Notes: generated by a model from the sequence alone, not told the origin. Positions 31,097 through 41,301 are shown, numbered from the stretch's first letter. The stretch: DNA of 64,000 bases from Terriglobia bacterium (GCA_963718155.1 CAVQYP010000004.1:373943-437942), one strand, 5' to 3'. Made by a program: numbers and translations.

Positions 31097-31713
31097 CCTG
31101 CATTTTTATTATTTCGGCGCCATCCGGCTCGGGCAAATCGACGCTTGTTTCACGCCTGATGCAAGAGGTCGACCGCCTCACCTTTTCTGTGTCTTACACC
31201 ACAAGAAAGCCGCGCGGGGACGAAATCCCAGGCGAGGCGTACCATTTCATTGAGCGGGCGGAATTCGACCGGCGCCTGGCCGCGGAAGAGTTCCTGGAAT
31301 CAGCGGAGGTTTTCGGCAACTGTTACGGGACGCATCTGGACGCGCTGACGATCGCCGAAAAGGACAACAAAGACCTCGTGCTCGACATTGACGTACAGGG
31401 TGCGGCACAATTGAAGAAGCGGATCCCGGACGCCGTCAGTATTTTCATTCTGCCGCCTTCGCGGCAAATCCTGGAGCAACGCCTCCGCGCACGCAGTCAG
31501 GATAACGAAGAAGTGATTCGCCGCCGGTTGGCCGATGCGGCGCTGGAGATTCGCAATTACAGCCTGTACGATTACGTGCTGGTGAATGATGATCTGAATC
31601 CTGCCGCCGAAACTTTGAAGGCGATCGTCAGAGCAGAGCGCGCTCGACGCGTAAGGGTCGAAGACAAGATCCGTCCGATTCTGACCACTTTTGGTCAGGC
31701 AATGGGAGTATAG
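31093..31713 (+). CDS. gmk: Guanylate kinase
   Basis: P-loop SAPSGSGKSTL, then VSYTTRKPRGDE. The ATG overlaps the yicC stop (ATGA). Confidence 0.9.
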   Translation: MTCIFIISAPSGSGKSTLVSRLMQEVDRLTFSVSYTTRKPRGDEIPGEAYHFIERAEFDRRLAAEEFLESAEVFGNCYGTHLDALTIAEKDNKDLVLDIDVQGAAQLKKRIPDAVSIFILPPSRQILEQRLRARSQDNEEVIRRRLADAALEIRNYSLYDYVLVNDDLNPAAETLKAIVRAERARRVRVEDKIRPILTTFGQAMGV

Positions 31714-31718
31714 AAAAG

Positions 31719-31973
31719 ATGACAGAAACACCGCCCCGCAACAATTCGCATTGCTCGATTCCGGACGATCCGGACCAGAGCACCTACCGCTTTATCATTG
31801 TGGCCGCCAAGCGTGCCCGCCAACTCCAGGGTGGGCAGCGTCCCGTCCTGCCTACGTCCTCGAAGAAATCGACGGTGATTGCGATGGAGGAAGCACGTCG
31901 CGGACTCGTAAAGTACGAGATCCAGAATGACATCGTTCTGGTGGAAGATCTGCCGGAACTCGAACAGGTCTGA
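31719..31973 (+). CDS. rpoZ: DNA-directed RNA polymerase subunit omega
   Basis: YRFIIVAAKRARQL motif, 84 aa, in the conserved gmk-rpoZ position. Confidence 0.8.
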   Translation: MTETPPRNNSHCSIPDDPDQSTYRFIIVAAKRARQLQGGQRPVLPTSSKKSTVIAMEEARRGLVKYEIQNDIVLVEDLPELEQV

Positions 31974-31993
31974 CTTTTACCTGAGGCCTGGCT

Positions 31994-33212
31994 TTGCGCG
32001 TTATCCTGGGCGTGAGCGGTGGAATCGCGGCATACAAGGCCGCTGAGCTTGCGCGCGCTCTCGTACGTGACGAGCCACCAAGTCCAGGTTATTCTTACAC
32101 ATGGCGCGGAAGAGTTCATCCGGCCCCTCACCTTCGCTTCGCTGACGGGGCGGAAGGTCATTACCGATCTTTTTTCAGGGGCGAGCCCGGAATCCACTCT
32201 CTCGAGCGCGGTCGAGCACATTGCTGTCGCCCGCGAAAACGACCTGCTTCTGGTGGCGCCCGCTACCGCTAATGTGGTCGCGAAATTCGCGCTGGGCCTC
32301 GCCGACGATTTCCTGTCAACTCTGTATCTTGCGTTTCGCGGGCCGGTAATTCTGGCGCCTGCCATGAATGAAGAGATGTGGGCCCATCCGGCCGTCCACG
32401 CAAACATCGAAACGCTTCGCCGACGGGGGAATATAGTAGTCGATCCCGACGACGGTTATCTGGCTTGCGGCACTTACGGTCCAGGCCGGCTCGCGGAATT
32501 GCCGAAGATCCTTGAAGCCGTGGAAGGCGCTTTGCGGCCTCCAGTTCGGGATCTGGAAGGCGAAACCATCCTGATCACGGCCGGGCCGACGCAGGAACCG
32601 CTTGACCCCGTCCGCTATCTCTCGAACCGGTCCAGCGGGAAAATGGGTTACGCGCTCGCTCATGGGGCGCTCGACCGCGGCGCGCACGTCATTTTGGTCA
32701 CGGGGCCGGTAAGTCTTACGCCACCCTCCGGGGCCGAGGTCGTGCACGTTCATACGGCCGCCGAAATGCGCGACGCGGTCTTCGCGAATCTGGAGCCGGC
32801 CACGGTTGTCATCAAGTGCGCTGCAGTGGCAGATTTCCGACCTTCCACAGAATCGAAGCAAAAGATTAAGAAGACATCCGCACGCCTGTCGCTCGAACTC
32901 GATCCCACGCCCGATATTCTCGCCGAACTTGGACGCAAGAGAGGGGACCGTCTGCTCATCGGTTTTGCGGCTGAAACCGGCGATCTCGAAGCCGAAGCCC
33001 GCCGGAAACTCGAAGGCAAGAATTGCGACATGATCGTCGCGAACCTTGTCGGTCAATCCGATACCGGTTTCGAGTCCGATTCAAATGAAGTGGTGCTTGC
33101 GCTGCGGACCGGTGAGATGATTCCGCTTCCGCGGGCATCGAAACGCGAAATCGCGGACCAGATCCTGAGCCAGATTCTTAAGCTCCGCCGCGCCGCAACG
33201 GCCGCCCGATGA
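31994..33212 (+). pseudogene. coaBC: Bifunctional phosphopantothenoylcysteine decarboxylase / phosphopantothenate-cysteine ligase, frame break near 32065
   Basis: MRVILGVSGGIAAYKAAELARALVR (frame of 31994) continues as HQVQVILTHGAEEFI.. in the frame of 32019. The CoaB part has ITAGPTQEPLDPVRYLSNRSSGKMG. Confidence 0.8.
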
Positions 33213-33982
33213 GTCCCGAGGAACTTCGCCGCAGGCTGGAATTCTACCAGGATCTCGGGATTAAACAGATCTATCGTCGAACGCCAGCGGCTCTGAGTGA
33301 AACGTCGGCGGCTCGGACTCAAACGCGGGCGGCCGCCCCCGAAAAGCCCGCAGTTGCCGTCGCCGAAAAAATGCCCATCGATATTGCTCTCCCCGGTCTG
33401 GTGCCGGTCGGCGACACCCTGGATAAAATCCGGGCGGACATCGGCGATTGTACCCGCTGCCGCCTTCACAAGGACAGGAACAAGATCGTCTTTGGTACGG
33501 GCGATTCCGGCGCGAAGCTTGTGTTCGTCGGCGAAGGGCCGGGCGCGGACGAAGACGCGCAGGGACTTCCGTTTGTCGGCCGGGCGGGCCAGCTTCTGAC
33601 ACAGATGATCGAAGGCACCTCGGCGAAGGAAGGCATCCCGCTCAAGCGTGCCGATGTCTACATCTGCAATGTGGTCAAGTGCCGGCCGCCTGAAAACCGT
33701 ACGCCCGAGCCGGATGAGATGGAAATCTGTGGCCAGTTCCTGTTCCGTCAGCTTCTGACGATCAAGCCGCGAGCGATCTGCGCCTTGGGATCGACCGCCG
33801 CCAAAGCGTTGCTGGGCGGCCGGGACGGGGTTACGAAACTCAGGGGCAAGTGGCATAAATGGCATGAAATCCCCCTTATGGTGACCTTCCATCCGTCTTA
33901 CCTGCTGCGGCCTTACAACCAGAATGCGAAGCGCGAGGCATGGGAGGACCTGAAGAAGGTCCTGCATTTTGTTTACGATTGA
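33209..33982 (+). CDS. Uracil-DNA glycosylase, family 4
   Basis: CTRCRL (Fe-S Cys), [11 protein letters not shown] motif A, GRAGQLL and HPSYLLR motif B. Confidence 0.85.
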   Translation: MSPEELRRRLEFYQDLGIKQIYRRTPAALSETSAARTQTRAAAPEKPAVAVAEKMPIDIALPGLVPVGDTLDKIRADIGDCTRCRLHKDRNKIVFGTGDSGAKLVFVGEGPGADEDAQGLPFVGRAGQLLTQMIEGTSAKEGIPLKRADVYICNVVKCRPPENRTPEPDEMEICGQFLFRQLLTIKPRAICALGSTAAKALLGGRDGVTKLRGKWHKWHEIPLMVTFHPSYLLRPYNQNAKREAWEDLKKVLHFVYD

Positions 33983-33985
33983 TCT

Positions 33986-34201
33986 TCAACGCTGAATATT
34001 CTCTTCGAGGTGCTTCAGGCGCGCGTCGAGCACTTGCTCCATCCGAAACATTTCACTGCGAAGTAGCTCCTTTACATCGTCAATGTGGCGATGAGTCTCG
34101 TCGATGCGACGGTTCGTGTCCGCGAACCGGATGTCGACCGCGCGAGCAAAATCGTTGAGCCGTTGATTATTAATTAACGAGTATGCCGATTGACACGGCA
34201 A
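33986..34201 (-). CDS. Small coiled-coil protein (hypothetical)
   Basis: 71-aa ORF with a heptad-like charged sequence. No family assigned. Confidence 0.4.
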   Translation of the reverse strand: MPCQSAYSLINNQRLNDFARAVDIRFADTNRRIDETHRHIDDVKELLRSEMFRMEQVLDARLKHLEENIQR

Positions 34202-34600
34202 ATGTCGGGAATGCGGCTGTAGCCAGAGCAGTTACCAGTTGATCTGAAGCGATCACTTGTTTGCGAGAGTATCAGGTTCACTGCTATCGCGGCGCTGACG
34301 GCTCTTTGTAAGGTGCGGTCTTCTTGTCCGGGTCTATCCGACCATCAGATAGGTAATGTGGTCGGGGATTTCAGTGGACAAATAAAGAACGATGATCACA
34401 TCGGCGGCGTTCAAGTAATGGATCTGTCGATTCCGTCCGCACTCATCCCGGGCCGTTCTGCCGCCGGACGGTTTTCTCGTTGCCGGCGCGCTTAACCCGA
34501 TTCACGAGATCCGGACCGGTCAATAGAGTCGCTCACTGATCGTGCTCGGCGACAGCTCCCTTTCGGGCGGCGCCGGCGAGTACTGCCGTCCGGAAAAGCG

Positions 34601-36460
34601 TTACCAGATGAATTCTCTGGCCTTATCTCGTTTGTCGTACCCGTCGAGCACGTGCACGACACGGATTTTCTTCATCGTTACCGGCGATAACTGCCCGATC
34701 GGAATGTAAACGATAGTCCGGCCGAACCGGGCCGCAACGTTCCGGAAGACCGACCGCGGCGGTTTCGCCGCCACATACACCACATATTTCTGAATCGAAT
34801 AATCCAGACCGGCGAGCAACAATCTCTCCGCCTTGGTCTCCGCAAAATCGTAATCCGGATCGGCCCAGACGTCGTACATTCGGCGCGCCGGGAGACTCAT
34901 CAAAAACCCGCCGTACTCGGCCCGCCCGATCCCCGGACCAACCAGATGCTCGAACGGATAGGTCGAATAAAAGGCCATGTCCGACTCGTTCTGATGCTCG
35001 CCCAGCCACGTGGTCATGTAGTTGTATCGCCCGTCGCGGTCGTCGTCGAAAATAACCACCACCGACCCGACCTCGCCGTGAATCTTCTGGATATTCCTGA
35101 CGAAGATCTTGCCATCGTGCCAGTTGCGAATCGTCTCGCGCAGATCGATGCCATCGAGCAGCGATGCGGTGAACGGCTCTACGGTGGCGCGCTCTTCGGA
35201 TAACACGCTCTTCCCCTTCTTCTTCAGGAATCGCCCGAAATCCTCGATGACCATGTCTTCCGGCGGATAGGAACAGATACTCGCGCCATTCAATTCGCTG
35301 GCCCACTCGCCGGGAAACTTCTCCTTGCGGCGGGGTTTGAGTCTGAGATTGCCGAGTCGCCGTTTGGTGCTTGGCAGTCTGCGCCGCAGCCGCATTCGCC
35401 GAGTATTCAGCCAGACTTCATCACCGGAGATCCTGACGGTTTCGATGTCGCTCAGAGTCTGTTGATAGGAGTATCGGGAGGCGGTCTCCCAGACGTCCCA
35501 TGCGTAGTTCTCATCCACGATCGAGCGGGCCGCGATCGTGAGATCGAAGAGCGCCGCCGACAAATGATGGTTCGTCAGCGCGAGGTTCCTGCTGTAGCGC
35601 GCGAGCAACCTCCGCTGCCAGGCGTGCATTTTCTCGCCCGTATTCAGGGCGTAGGCGTGCTCGGCCTCCTGAAACACGGCCATCTGCACCCTCGGACGGT
35701 CCACCATGGCAGGGTCGCGCATCTCCACGCGGAACATTTCATAACGCTCCTGGAGAAACGGGTATTCCGTCGTGATCTCGCCCAAACACTCCGGATGCGC
35801 ATTAACCAGCTGCAGATTTTCGCGCCTGCGCCGCTCAGGTTCGGGTTGCGGCATTTCCATCGCATCCAGAACCGGGTCCAGCAGATTCAACGATAGAACC
35901 ACGAGAACACGCGCCAGCGGATCCGCGCCCTGCAGTTTCCATGCGATTCCCCCGGCGAAGCGCTCCAACTCCTGCGTCCGTTCCTGCGGATAAACTCGAT
36001 ACGCCTCCACGTACTGGCTGAGCGGAATTGAGGTCAGCGCGTAAGAGTCCGGGTAGGTATCGGCGAGGTGGGGGCGTTCACAGGAATCCGGATCCGCGAA
36101 TACGATCTGTGCACCGATCTCCTGGGCGCTGCGAATCGCCTCGACAAACGGATCGGCTGGCTCAACCGGAACATAGACAGCCTGTTCGGTTTCTTCCTCG
36201 CTGCTCCGATAAGCCTTGTCCGGGGAGGAAACGTCGTTATAGAAGACGATGGATACCTGAGGGAGCCTCTGGATGGCGTCCAGATAAAAGCTCTCGAACG
36301 TATCCGGCAGTTCAATCGCGACGACCTGTGGGCGCTCGGCGAGTATCCGCCTCCGCACTTCGATTGCGAACTCGAGACGGCCCGGTACTACGGGAAGATA
36401 GCCAAACCGGCCGCGCTGGAGACTTGAGAACTCAACTGACGACCCGCTGTCGCCGGACAT
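34601..36460 (-). CDS. Large uncharacterised protein, DUF5682-like (YehM-like) by recollection
   Basis: Intact 619 aa. Overlaps the end of the upstream AAA ATPase gene by 29 nt. The N-terminus GYLPVVPGRLEFAIEVRRRILAERPQVVAIELP resembles the TraB/ChaN-like start of DUF5682 proteins. Confidence 0.65.
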   Translation of the reverse strand: MSGDSGSSVEFSSLQRGRFGYLPVVPGRLEFAIEVRRRILAERPQVVAIELPDTFESFYLDAIQRLPQVSIVFYNDVSSPDKAYRSSEEETEQAVYVPVEPADPFVEAIRSAQEIGAQIVFADPDSCERPHLADTYPDSYALTSIPLSQYVEAYRVYPQERTQELERFAGGIAWKLQGADPLARVLVVLSLNLLDPVLDAMEMPQPEPERRRRENLQLVNAHPECLGEITTEYPFLQERYEMFRVEMRDPAMVDRPRVQMAVFQEAEHAYALNTGEKMHAWQRRLLARYSRNLALTNHHLSAALFDLTIAARSIVDENYAWDVWETASRYSYQQTLSDIETVRISGDEVWLNTRRMRLRRRLPSTKRRLGNLRLKPRRKEKFPGEWASELNGASICSYPPEDMVIEDFGRFLKKKGKSVLSEERATVEPFTASLLDGIDLRETIRNWHDGKIFVRNIQKIHGEVGSVVVIFDDDRDGRYNYMTTWLGEHQNESDMAFYSTYPFEHLVGPGIGRAEYGGFLMSLPARRMYDVWADPDYDFAETKAERLLLAGLDYSIQKYVVYVAAKPPRSVFRNVAARFGRTIVYIPIGQLSPVTMKKIRVVHVLDGYDKRDKAREFIW

Positions 36461-37334
36461 AGCGCAAGGCCTCCTCGCCCAACGTCTCCAAAAGCGCCGT
36501 TTCGAGCGCCTCCCTTTCGTGCTCGCGGCCGGTCGCGAGGCTCTTCAGCTTGATCGCATAGCGCGCCAGGTTAATGCCGTCCCGCACGCTGTAGCGCTCG
36601 TCAGCGGCGTGCGCCTGTTGCAGGAAGTCGGTCACGTATTCGAGAATATGGCCTTCTGCGAACGGCAGGTTTTCCTTGAGGATCAGATACTCCTCATCCT
36701 TCTCGGGAAAATCGATCAGGATCTGCGGCTGCAGACGCGAATGGATGTACTCGGGAAGTTCGAACGTCGAAGAATCGTCGTTCATCGTCGTTACCAGCCG
36801 GAAATTCGGGTGCGCCTTGATCTTCACGCCGGCGACGATGCTTTCCACGTAGCGGCGATTATCCAGCAACGGCGCAAGACTTGCCCAGCTCTTCTCGCTC
36901 ATCCGGTTGCCTTCGTCGAGAATGACGATTCCGCCCAGAATCATTGCGCTTACCAGCGCGGAGGCCACATAGCGAAGGCGGCCGGCGCCTTCGATTACCG
37001 GGGTTACGAGGAGATCTTCCGGGCGAGTGTCGAGCGTGGCCTGCATGATGAACACGTCCCGGCCCATCCGTTTGGCGGCGGCATAAGCCAGCGTCGTCTT
37101 GCCGACACCCGGTTTGCCGATCAGCCGAGGGCTCATCGGAACATCGTTTTCCGTCACCACCATCCACGCGGCCAGCAAATGCCGCATCAATTCTTCCTGT
37201 CCGACCCACCGGACAGGCAACTCGTCGGGATGGGCCAGGTGAAGGGTAACTCCTTCGATCTCGACTGTCATGGATAATTCAATTGTAGCGGGGTCGCGGC
37301 TCTTGCTGTGGCCGAAGTGTTGCTGTTTCATCAC
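36432..37334 (-). CDS. AAA+ ATPase (MoxR / AAA_5 / CbbQ-NorQ-like)
   Basis: Walker A LIGKPGVGKTTLA, Walker B GGIVILDEGNRM, 300 aa. Confidence 0.85.
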   Translation of the reverse strand: MMKQQHFGHSKSRDPATIELSMTVEIEGVTLHLAHPDELPVRWVGQEELMRHLLAAWMVVTENDVPMSPRLIGKPGVGKTTLAYAAAKRMGRDVFIMQATLDTRPEDLLVTPVIEGAGRLRYVASALVSAMILGGIVILDEGNRMSEKSWASLAPLLDNRRYVESIVAGVKIKAHPNFRLVTTMNDDSSTFELPEYIHSRLQPQILIDFPEKDEEYLILKENLPFAEGHILEYVTDFLQQAHAADERYSVRDGINLARYAIKLKSLATGREHEREALETALLETLGEEALRYVRRQRVVS

Positions 37335-37736
37335 GCGCAGGGACCTGGAGCCGGTCTACTCGCCTTCGCCGACGAGCTGAGACAGGCTCGTCATATGGTC
37401 CACCTACCGGATCTCTATCGATGGTCGAACATTCGATGATCTCGATGCCGGCGTTGCTTTCACCAAGGACATCGGGTTCGACACCATCCTCGAAAAGGTC
37501 TGCTTGCCGCCGTGGATCTGCCGCATCCTGTGATTTACGCTGGATTCTGCGTTCCGGTGGCCGAGTTTGGTGGTTCGTGGCCAGATGCGGCAGCCGTCCA
37601 GGTCCATTTCTGAAAAAGCCCAGCTTTTCCTGTATCCCGGAAACCGCCGCCTTTTCGCCGATAAGAGCCTGCCCGCATTATGTTGCGGCCACCGCTGCCC
37701 TGCTTACCGCGCGAGTAATCCGTCTCCTGAACGCTC

Positions 37737-38498
37737 TTACCCTCGAACCAAAGCATTAAACCGCGTGTATCCGCCCCGGCTTACCGGAATCTTCGAACCA
37801 TCCGACAACACCGCCAGCCAGGTGTCCTTCGTATTCGGGTCGATCCGGGTGATTCGCTCGAGGTTTACGAGATACGACCGGTGCACCCGCACGAACCGCT
37901 TCGGATCGAGCGCCGCTTCCAGACTGGCAATCGTCTGCTGCTTCAGCCACATCCTGCCTTCGCTGCGGAGCCCGACATAATCGTCCTGCGCCTCGGCGTA
38001 ATCGAGCTTGCCGGCAGGGATCACGTGAACTCGGGCCCCGTCCTTCACTACCACCCTTTCCAGGTATTCGCCGTCCGGCCGTGCCGCATTCTTTAAATCC
38101 ATGGGCAGCGACGCGGGCCGCTCCTCGCCCACGCGCCTCGCGACTTTTTCCATAGCCGCGCGGAAACGCTCCGCCCCGAACGGCTTGAGCAGATAATCCA
38201 CGGCCGCGGCGTCGAACGCGCGCATTGCGTATTGGTCGAACGCAGTAACGAACACCACGGCGATGCGCGCATCGATCAACTCCAGCACCTCAAAACCGTC
38301 CAGCTTCGGCATCTGAATATCGAGAAAGAGCACATCCGGCTTGCATTCGCCGCATGCTTTAACCGCCTCAAAGCCGTTCGAGCACTCGGCAGCGATCTCC
38401 ATTTCAGGACACTCGCGCAGCAGATACTCGCGGACTACGCCGCGCGCCAGGTCTTCATCGTCCGCAATTACGGCTTTCATCCCAACGGTTCTCATCAC
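37737..38498 (-). CDS. LytR/AlgR-family response regulator (REC + LytTR DNA-binding domain)
   Basis: The REC domain has VLFLDIQMPKLDG. The C-terminal LytTR region is ..FVRVHRSYLVNLERI. Confidence 0.85.
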   Translation of the reverse strand: MMRTVGMKAVIADDEDLARGVVREYLLRECPEMEIAAECSNGFEAVKACGECKPDVLFLDIQMPKLDGFEVLELIDARIAVVFVTAFDQYAMRAFDAAAVDYLLKPFGAERFRAAMEKVARRVGEERPASLPMDLKNAARPDGEYLERVVVKDGARVHVIPAGKLDYAEAQDDYVGLRSEGRMWLKQQTIASLEAALDPKRFVRVHRSYLVNLERITRIDPNTKDTWLAVLSDGSKIPVSRGGYTRFNALVRG

Positions 38499-39523
38499 GA
38501 AGCCCTTGAAGGCAGGATCAGCGTAACGCGATACACGTCGTCGCTCGCCTCCACTTCCAGTTTTCCAGCGTTGCCATAGCGCGCTTCCAGACGCTGGCGG
38601 ACGTTTGCCAGACCGATGCCGCTTCGGCTTGCCGGCGCCTGCGGGTCATAAGGGTTTTCGATTGAAAACAACAAGCCCTCGCGCACCCGCCGGCCCAGCA
38701 TCAGAATCTCGCCCCCCTCATCGAGCAGAGCGATTCCGTGCTTCACGGCATTTTCCACCAGCGGCTGAATCAGCAGCGCCGGCACCTCGCACTCGTCGCA
38801 CTCCGGTTCCAGATCCTCATGCAACCGCAGTCGCTTGCCGAAACGCACCTGTTCCACGTCCAGGTACATGCGCGTCAACTCCATTTCTTCGCGGAACGGA
38901 ATCGAAGGGCGCTCTCCCAGACGAAGTGACGTGCGCAGAAAGTCCGCCAGCCGGATGCACATTTCCCGGGCGCGTCCCGCGTCGCTCGATGTCAGCGCGC
39001 TGATGGAATTCAGGCTGTTGAACAGGAAATGCGGATTTACCTGGGCTTTCAGGGCGCGCCATTGCGCCTCGCGCGCGAGCAGTTCCGACCGACGCGAAGT
39101 CTGCGCCTCGATCACCACGTAATGCATCGCGATCGAGAGCAGGTAGATCATCGCGACCATCACGCTGAGTACCGGCTGGGCAGCGACGAAGCGCCGGTCG
39201 AGTCCCGGGAAAATGCCGGAAAAGCCGCTCGCGGAAAGGCGCGCTATCAGGAGCACTCCCCCGGCCACTACCATCGCCGCCAACACGTGCTGCCCCAGCA
39301 GACGGGGGGCGACAGACGACCGCAATGGAAGCGCCCGGCAAACGTACCAGGGCGACAAGCAAACGAAATCCAGCACCACTATTACCGGGATGATAATCGC
39401 GGCGGTCTCCGCCGGCCGGAGCGATCCGGCGACTGAAACCAGCATCCCGAGAATCGCGCCCAGCGGAACCCAGACCAAGAGATACAGCAGGAAGAATTTC
39501 CAGTTCTGAAAGATCGGATGCAT
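38495..39523 (-). CDS. LytS/YehU-type sensor histidine kinase (His_kinase + HATPase_c)
   Basis: TM-rich N-terminus, then LKAQVNPHFLFNSLNSI (PF06580-type H-box) and an ATPase domain. 4-nt overlap with the response regulator. Confidence 0.85.
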   Translation of the reverse strand: MHPIFQNWKFFLLYLLVWVPLGAILGMLVSVAGSLRPAETAAIIIPVIVVLDFVCLSPWYVCRALPLRSSVAPRLLGQHVLAAMVVAGGVLLIARLSASGFSGIFPGLDRRFVAAQPVLSVMVAMIYLLSIAMHYVVIEAQTSRRSELLAREAQWRALKAQVNPHFLFNSLNSISALTSSDAGRAREMCIRLADFLRTSLRLGERPSIPFREEMELTRMYLDVEQVRFGKRLRLHEDLEPECDECEVPALLIQPLVENAVKHGIALLDEGGEILMLGRRVREGLLFSIENPYDPQAPASRSGIGLANVRQRLEARYGNAGKLEVEASDDVYRVTLILPSRAS

Positions 39524-39543
39524 TCCACGTCAGTTCTTGATGT

Positions 39544-40454
39544 TCAGTTCTTGATAACGACCGCGCCAAAGACCGCGTCGCCTCGAATCACGAGAGTTGG
39601 CGGTTCGACGCCCGGCTCCGGCCTTGGCGGAATGGTCTTGTCTTCGAAAGATCCGAAGACAGCGGAGCCGATTCGCTCGACGCGCCAGGTTCGAGGCACA
39701 GTGATTTCGATCCCTCCGAAGACCGCGTCGGCTCGAAGCACGGCGCGCCGATCGGGAGCGGTGATGGTGGCGTTGGTTAAATCCAGTTCAAAGCCCCCGA
39801 AAACGGCCTCCACCTTGCCGCCTTCGAAGCCCTGGCTTTCCACGCGGCGGTCCGCGCTGCTGAAGACAACCTGTTCCGTGATCCGGTTTCCGAAGAAATT
39901 ACTCTCTTGAGGCATCGACGCCCGATCGCGCATACGGGGCCACCAGTCGGCCGATTGCCATCGACACTTCCCTGTCAGCATCGTCAGTCCGAAGGCGATC
40001 AGCAGCAGCGGCCAGATTACGCCCGCCGTCACATGGATGATGTGCAAATTGCCGAGTACCAGGAGAACACCGGCCAGAATCACCACGGAGGACCAGATAA
40101 TCGACTGTGTGTCTCGCCGGTGCTCGATCATGATCACGCCCCACACGACCAGCGCCACCGGCCAGTAAGCTCCAATATTCCGAATCGGGAGAATATCCAG
40201 ATTTTCCAGAAAGAGCAGCGCCCCGACGACGATCATCGCCAGCGCGACCAGCGAGCCGCGCCTGTTTCTCACCGGTTTTCTCCCGACGTCGCCCACAGGT
40301 AGAGTTCTTCGAGCCCGGTAGCGATCAATCCGATTGGCCACAAGTTCCAATATCCCGCAACCGGCAGCACACCGAATCTGGCGGTCAGGGAGAGTACGGC
40401 GAATAGAACCAGCATCAGGGGAAGCGCCGCCTGACCCGGATAAAACAATCTCAT
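39544..40454 (-). CDS. LiaF-like (DUF2154) membrane protein; the N-terminal TM pair is probably joined through a frame break near 40270
   Basis: 39544-40350 has TM helices plus C-terminal beta-repeats (VFGGFELDL, AVFGGIEITVP, AVFGSFE, AVFGAVVI). 40269-40454 encodes an extra TM pair ending at an overlapping out-of-frame stop. Confidence 0.55.
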
Positions 40455-40536
40455 GGCCCGATCTTAAGTTCGATCGGGGACCCGGCTCACTCGATTTTCG
40501 GCAAAACCCGCATTACCACCGGTGAACGGCGAATTT

Positions 40537-41301
40537 CTATTTGCCTACCAGATGCGGAAGATCCTTATTGTTTTCCTCGCAGACGTAATCGAGCAGTTCC
40601 GTGTCCGGCATCAGTTCGACTGGATATGACACGGTCCACGATTTCTTATACGCTTTGGGATCGTTCACGGTGATCTGAAGGTCCATGTGGCCGAAGTCGC
40701 GGCGATGGTATCGCTCGATTACGTGCAGCGCGTCCGAATGCGGATGGCCGCCGGTGTCGATCCAGGTGTTGTCGTTGAAGCCACCCGTTTCCACCACCAG
40801 CGTGTCGCCGTCCCATCTGCCGGTTGAGTAACCCATCCAGGTGGGATTTGCATTTGCGGGAATGGCGCGCCCATCCGTGAAGATCTGGCGAAAAGTCTTG
40901 AATGCCTCGAAAAGAATCACAATCTCGCCGGGAGTTTGAATTACCTTCCAGGGATACGGAACCGCACTCATTTGTGGCACGCCCGGTAACAGGCAATGTC
41001 CGACCGGGTCGTCTTTACTGAGAGTGTTCTGACGCTGGCTGTAGAGTTCCGCCGCCCAGGGCTGGAGTTGCACTTCGTCTGGCTTGAGATCGGCGGCGAG
41101 GTTCACCGTGTACTTCACTCCGTTCGGCTGTTTCCAGATACCGGAAAGATCCGGCTTGCCGTCTGCGGTTCGGGGCGCGGGGGCTCTCAGATTGGGCTTG
41201 CCGTCCGCGGTTCGCGGGAGGTCATGCGAGGGATAATTCAGCCATTGAGCGGAAAGCACTCCCGCGAAGGCAAAGGCGCCGACCAGCGTTTTTCTATGCA
41301 A
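40537..41301 (-). CDS. Secreted hypothetical protein
   Basis: The ORF extends to 41565. The likely TTG start at 41301 gives signal peptide (M)HRKTLVGAFAFAGVLSAQ. Contains the tandem motif RTADGKPNL..RTADGKPDL. Confidence 0.55.
   Translation of the reverse strand: MHRKTLVGAFAFAGVLSAQWLNYPSHDLPRTADGKPNLRAPAPRTADGKPDLSGIWKQPNGVKYTVNLAADLKPDEVQLQPWAAELYSQRQNTLSKDDPVGHCLLPGVPQMSAVPYPWKVIQTPGEIVILFEAFKTFRQIFTDGRAIPANANPTWMGYSTGRWDGDTLVVETGGFNDNTWIDTGGHPHSDALHVIERYHRRDFGHMDLQITVNDPKAYKKSWTVSYPVELMPDTELLDYVCEENNKDLPHLVGK

Noticed and set aside
37474-37485. tRNA-like T-loop strings (GGGTTCGACACC here, GGTTCGACGC near 63566).
   Set aside because: The flanks provide no acceptor stem, D-arm or anticodon arm. 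I found no convincing tRNA, rRNA, tmRNA, RNase P or SRP RNA motif anywhere in the window, but this was a by-eye scan and not exhaustive.
41153-41218. 21-23-bp direct repeat (GGCTTGCCGTCYGCGGTTCG) inside the secreted-protein gene 40537-41301.
   Set aside because: It simply encodes the duplicated peptide RTADGKP(N/D)L. This is an in-frame intragenic micro-duplication, not a regulatory or mobile feature.
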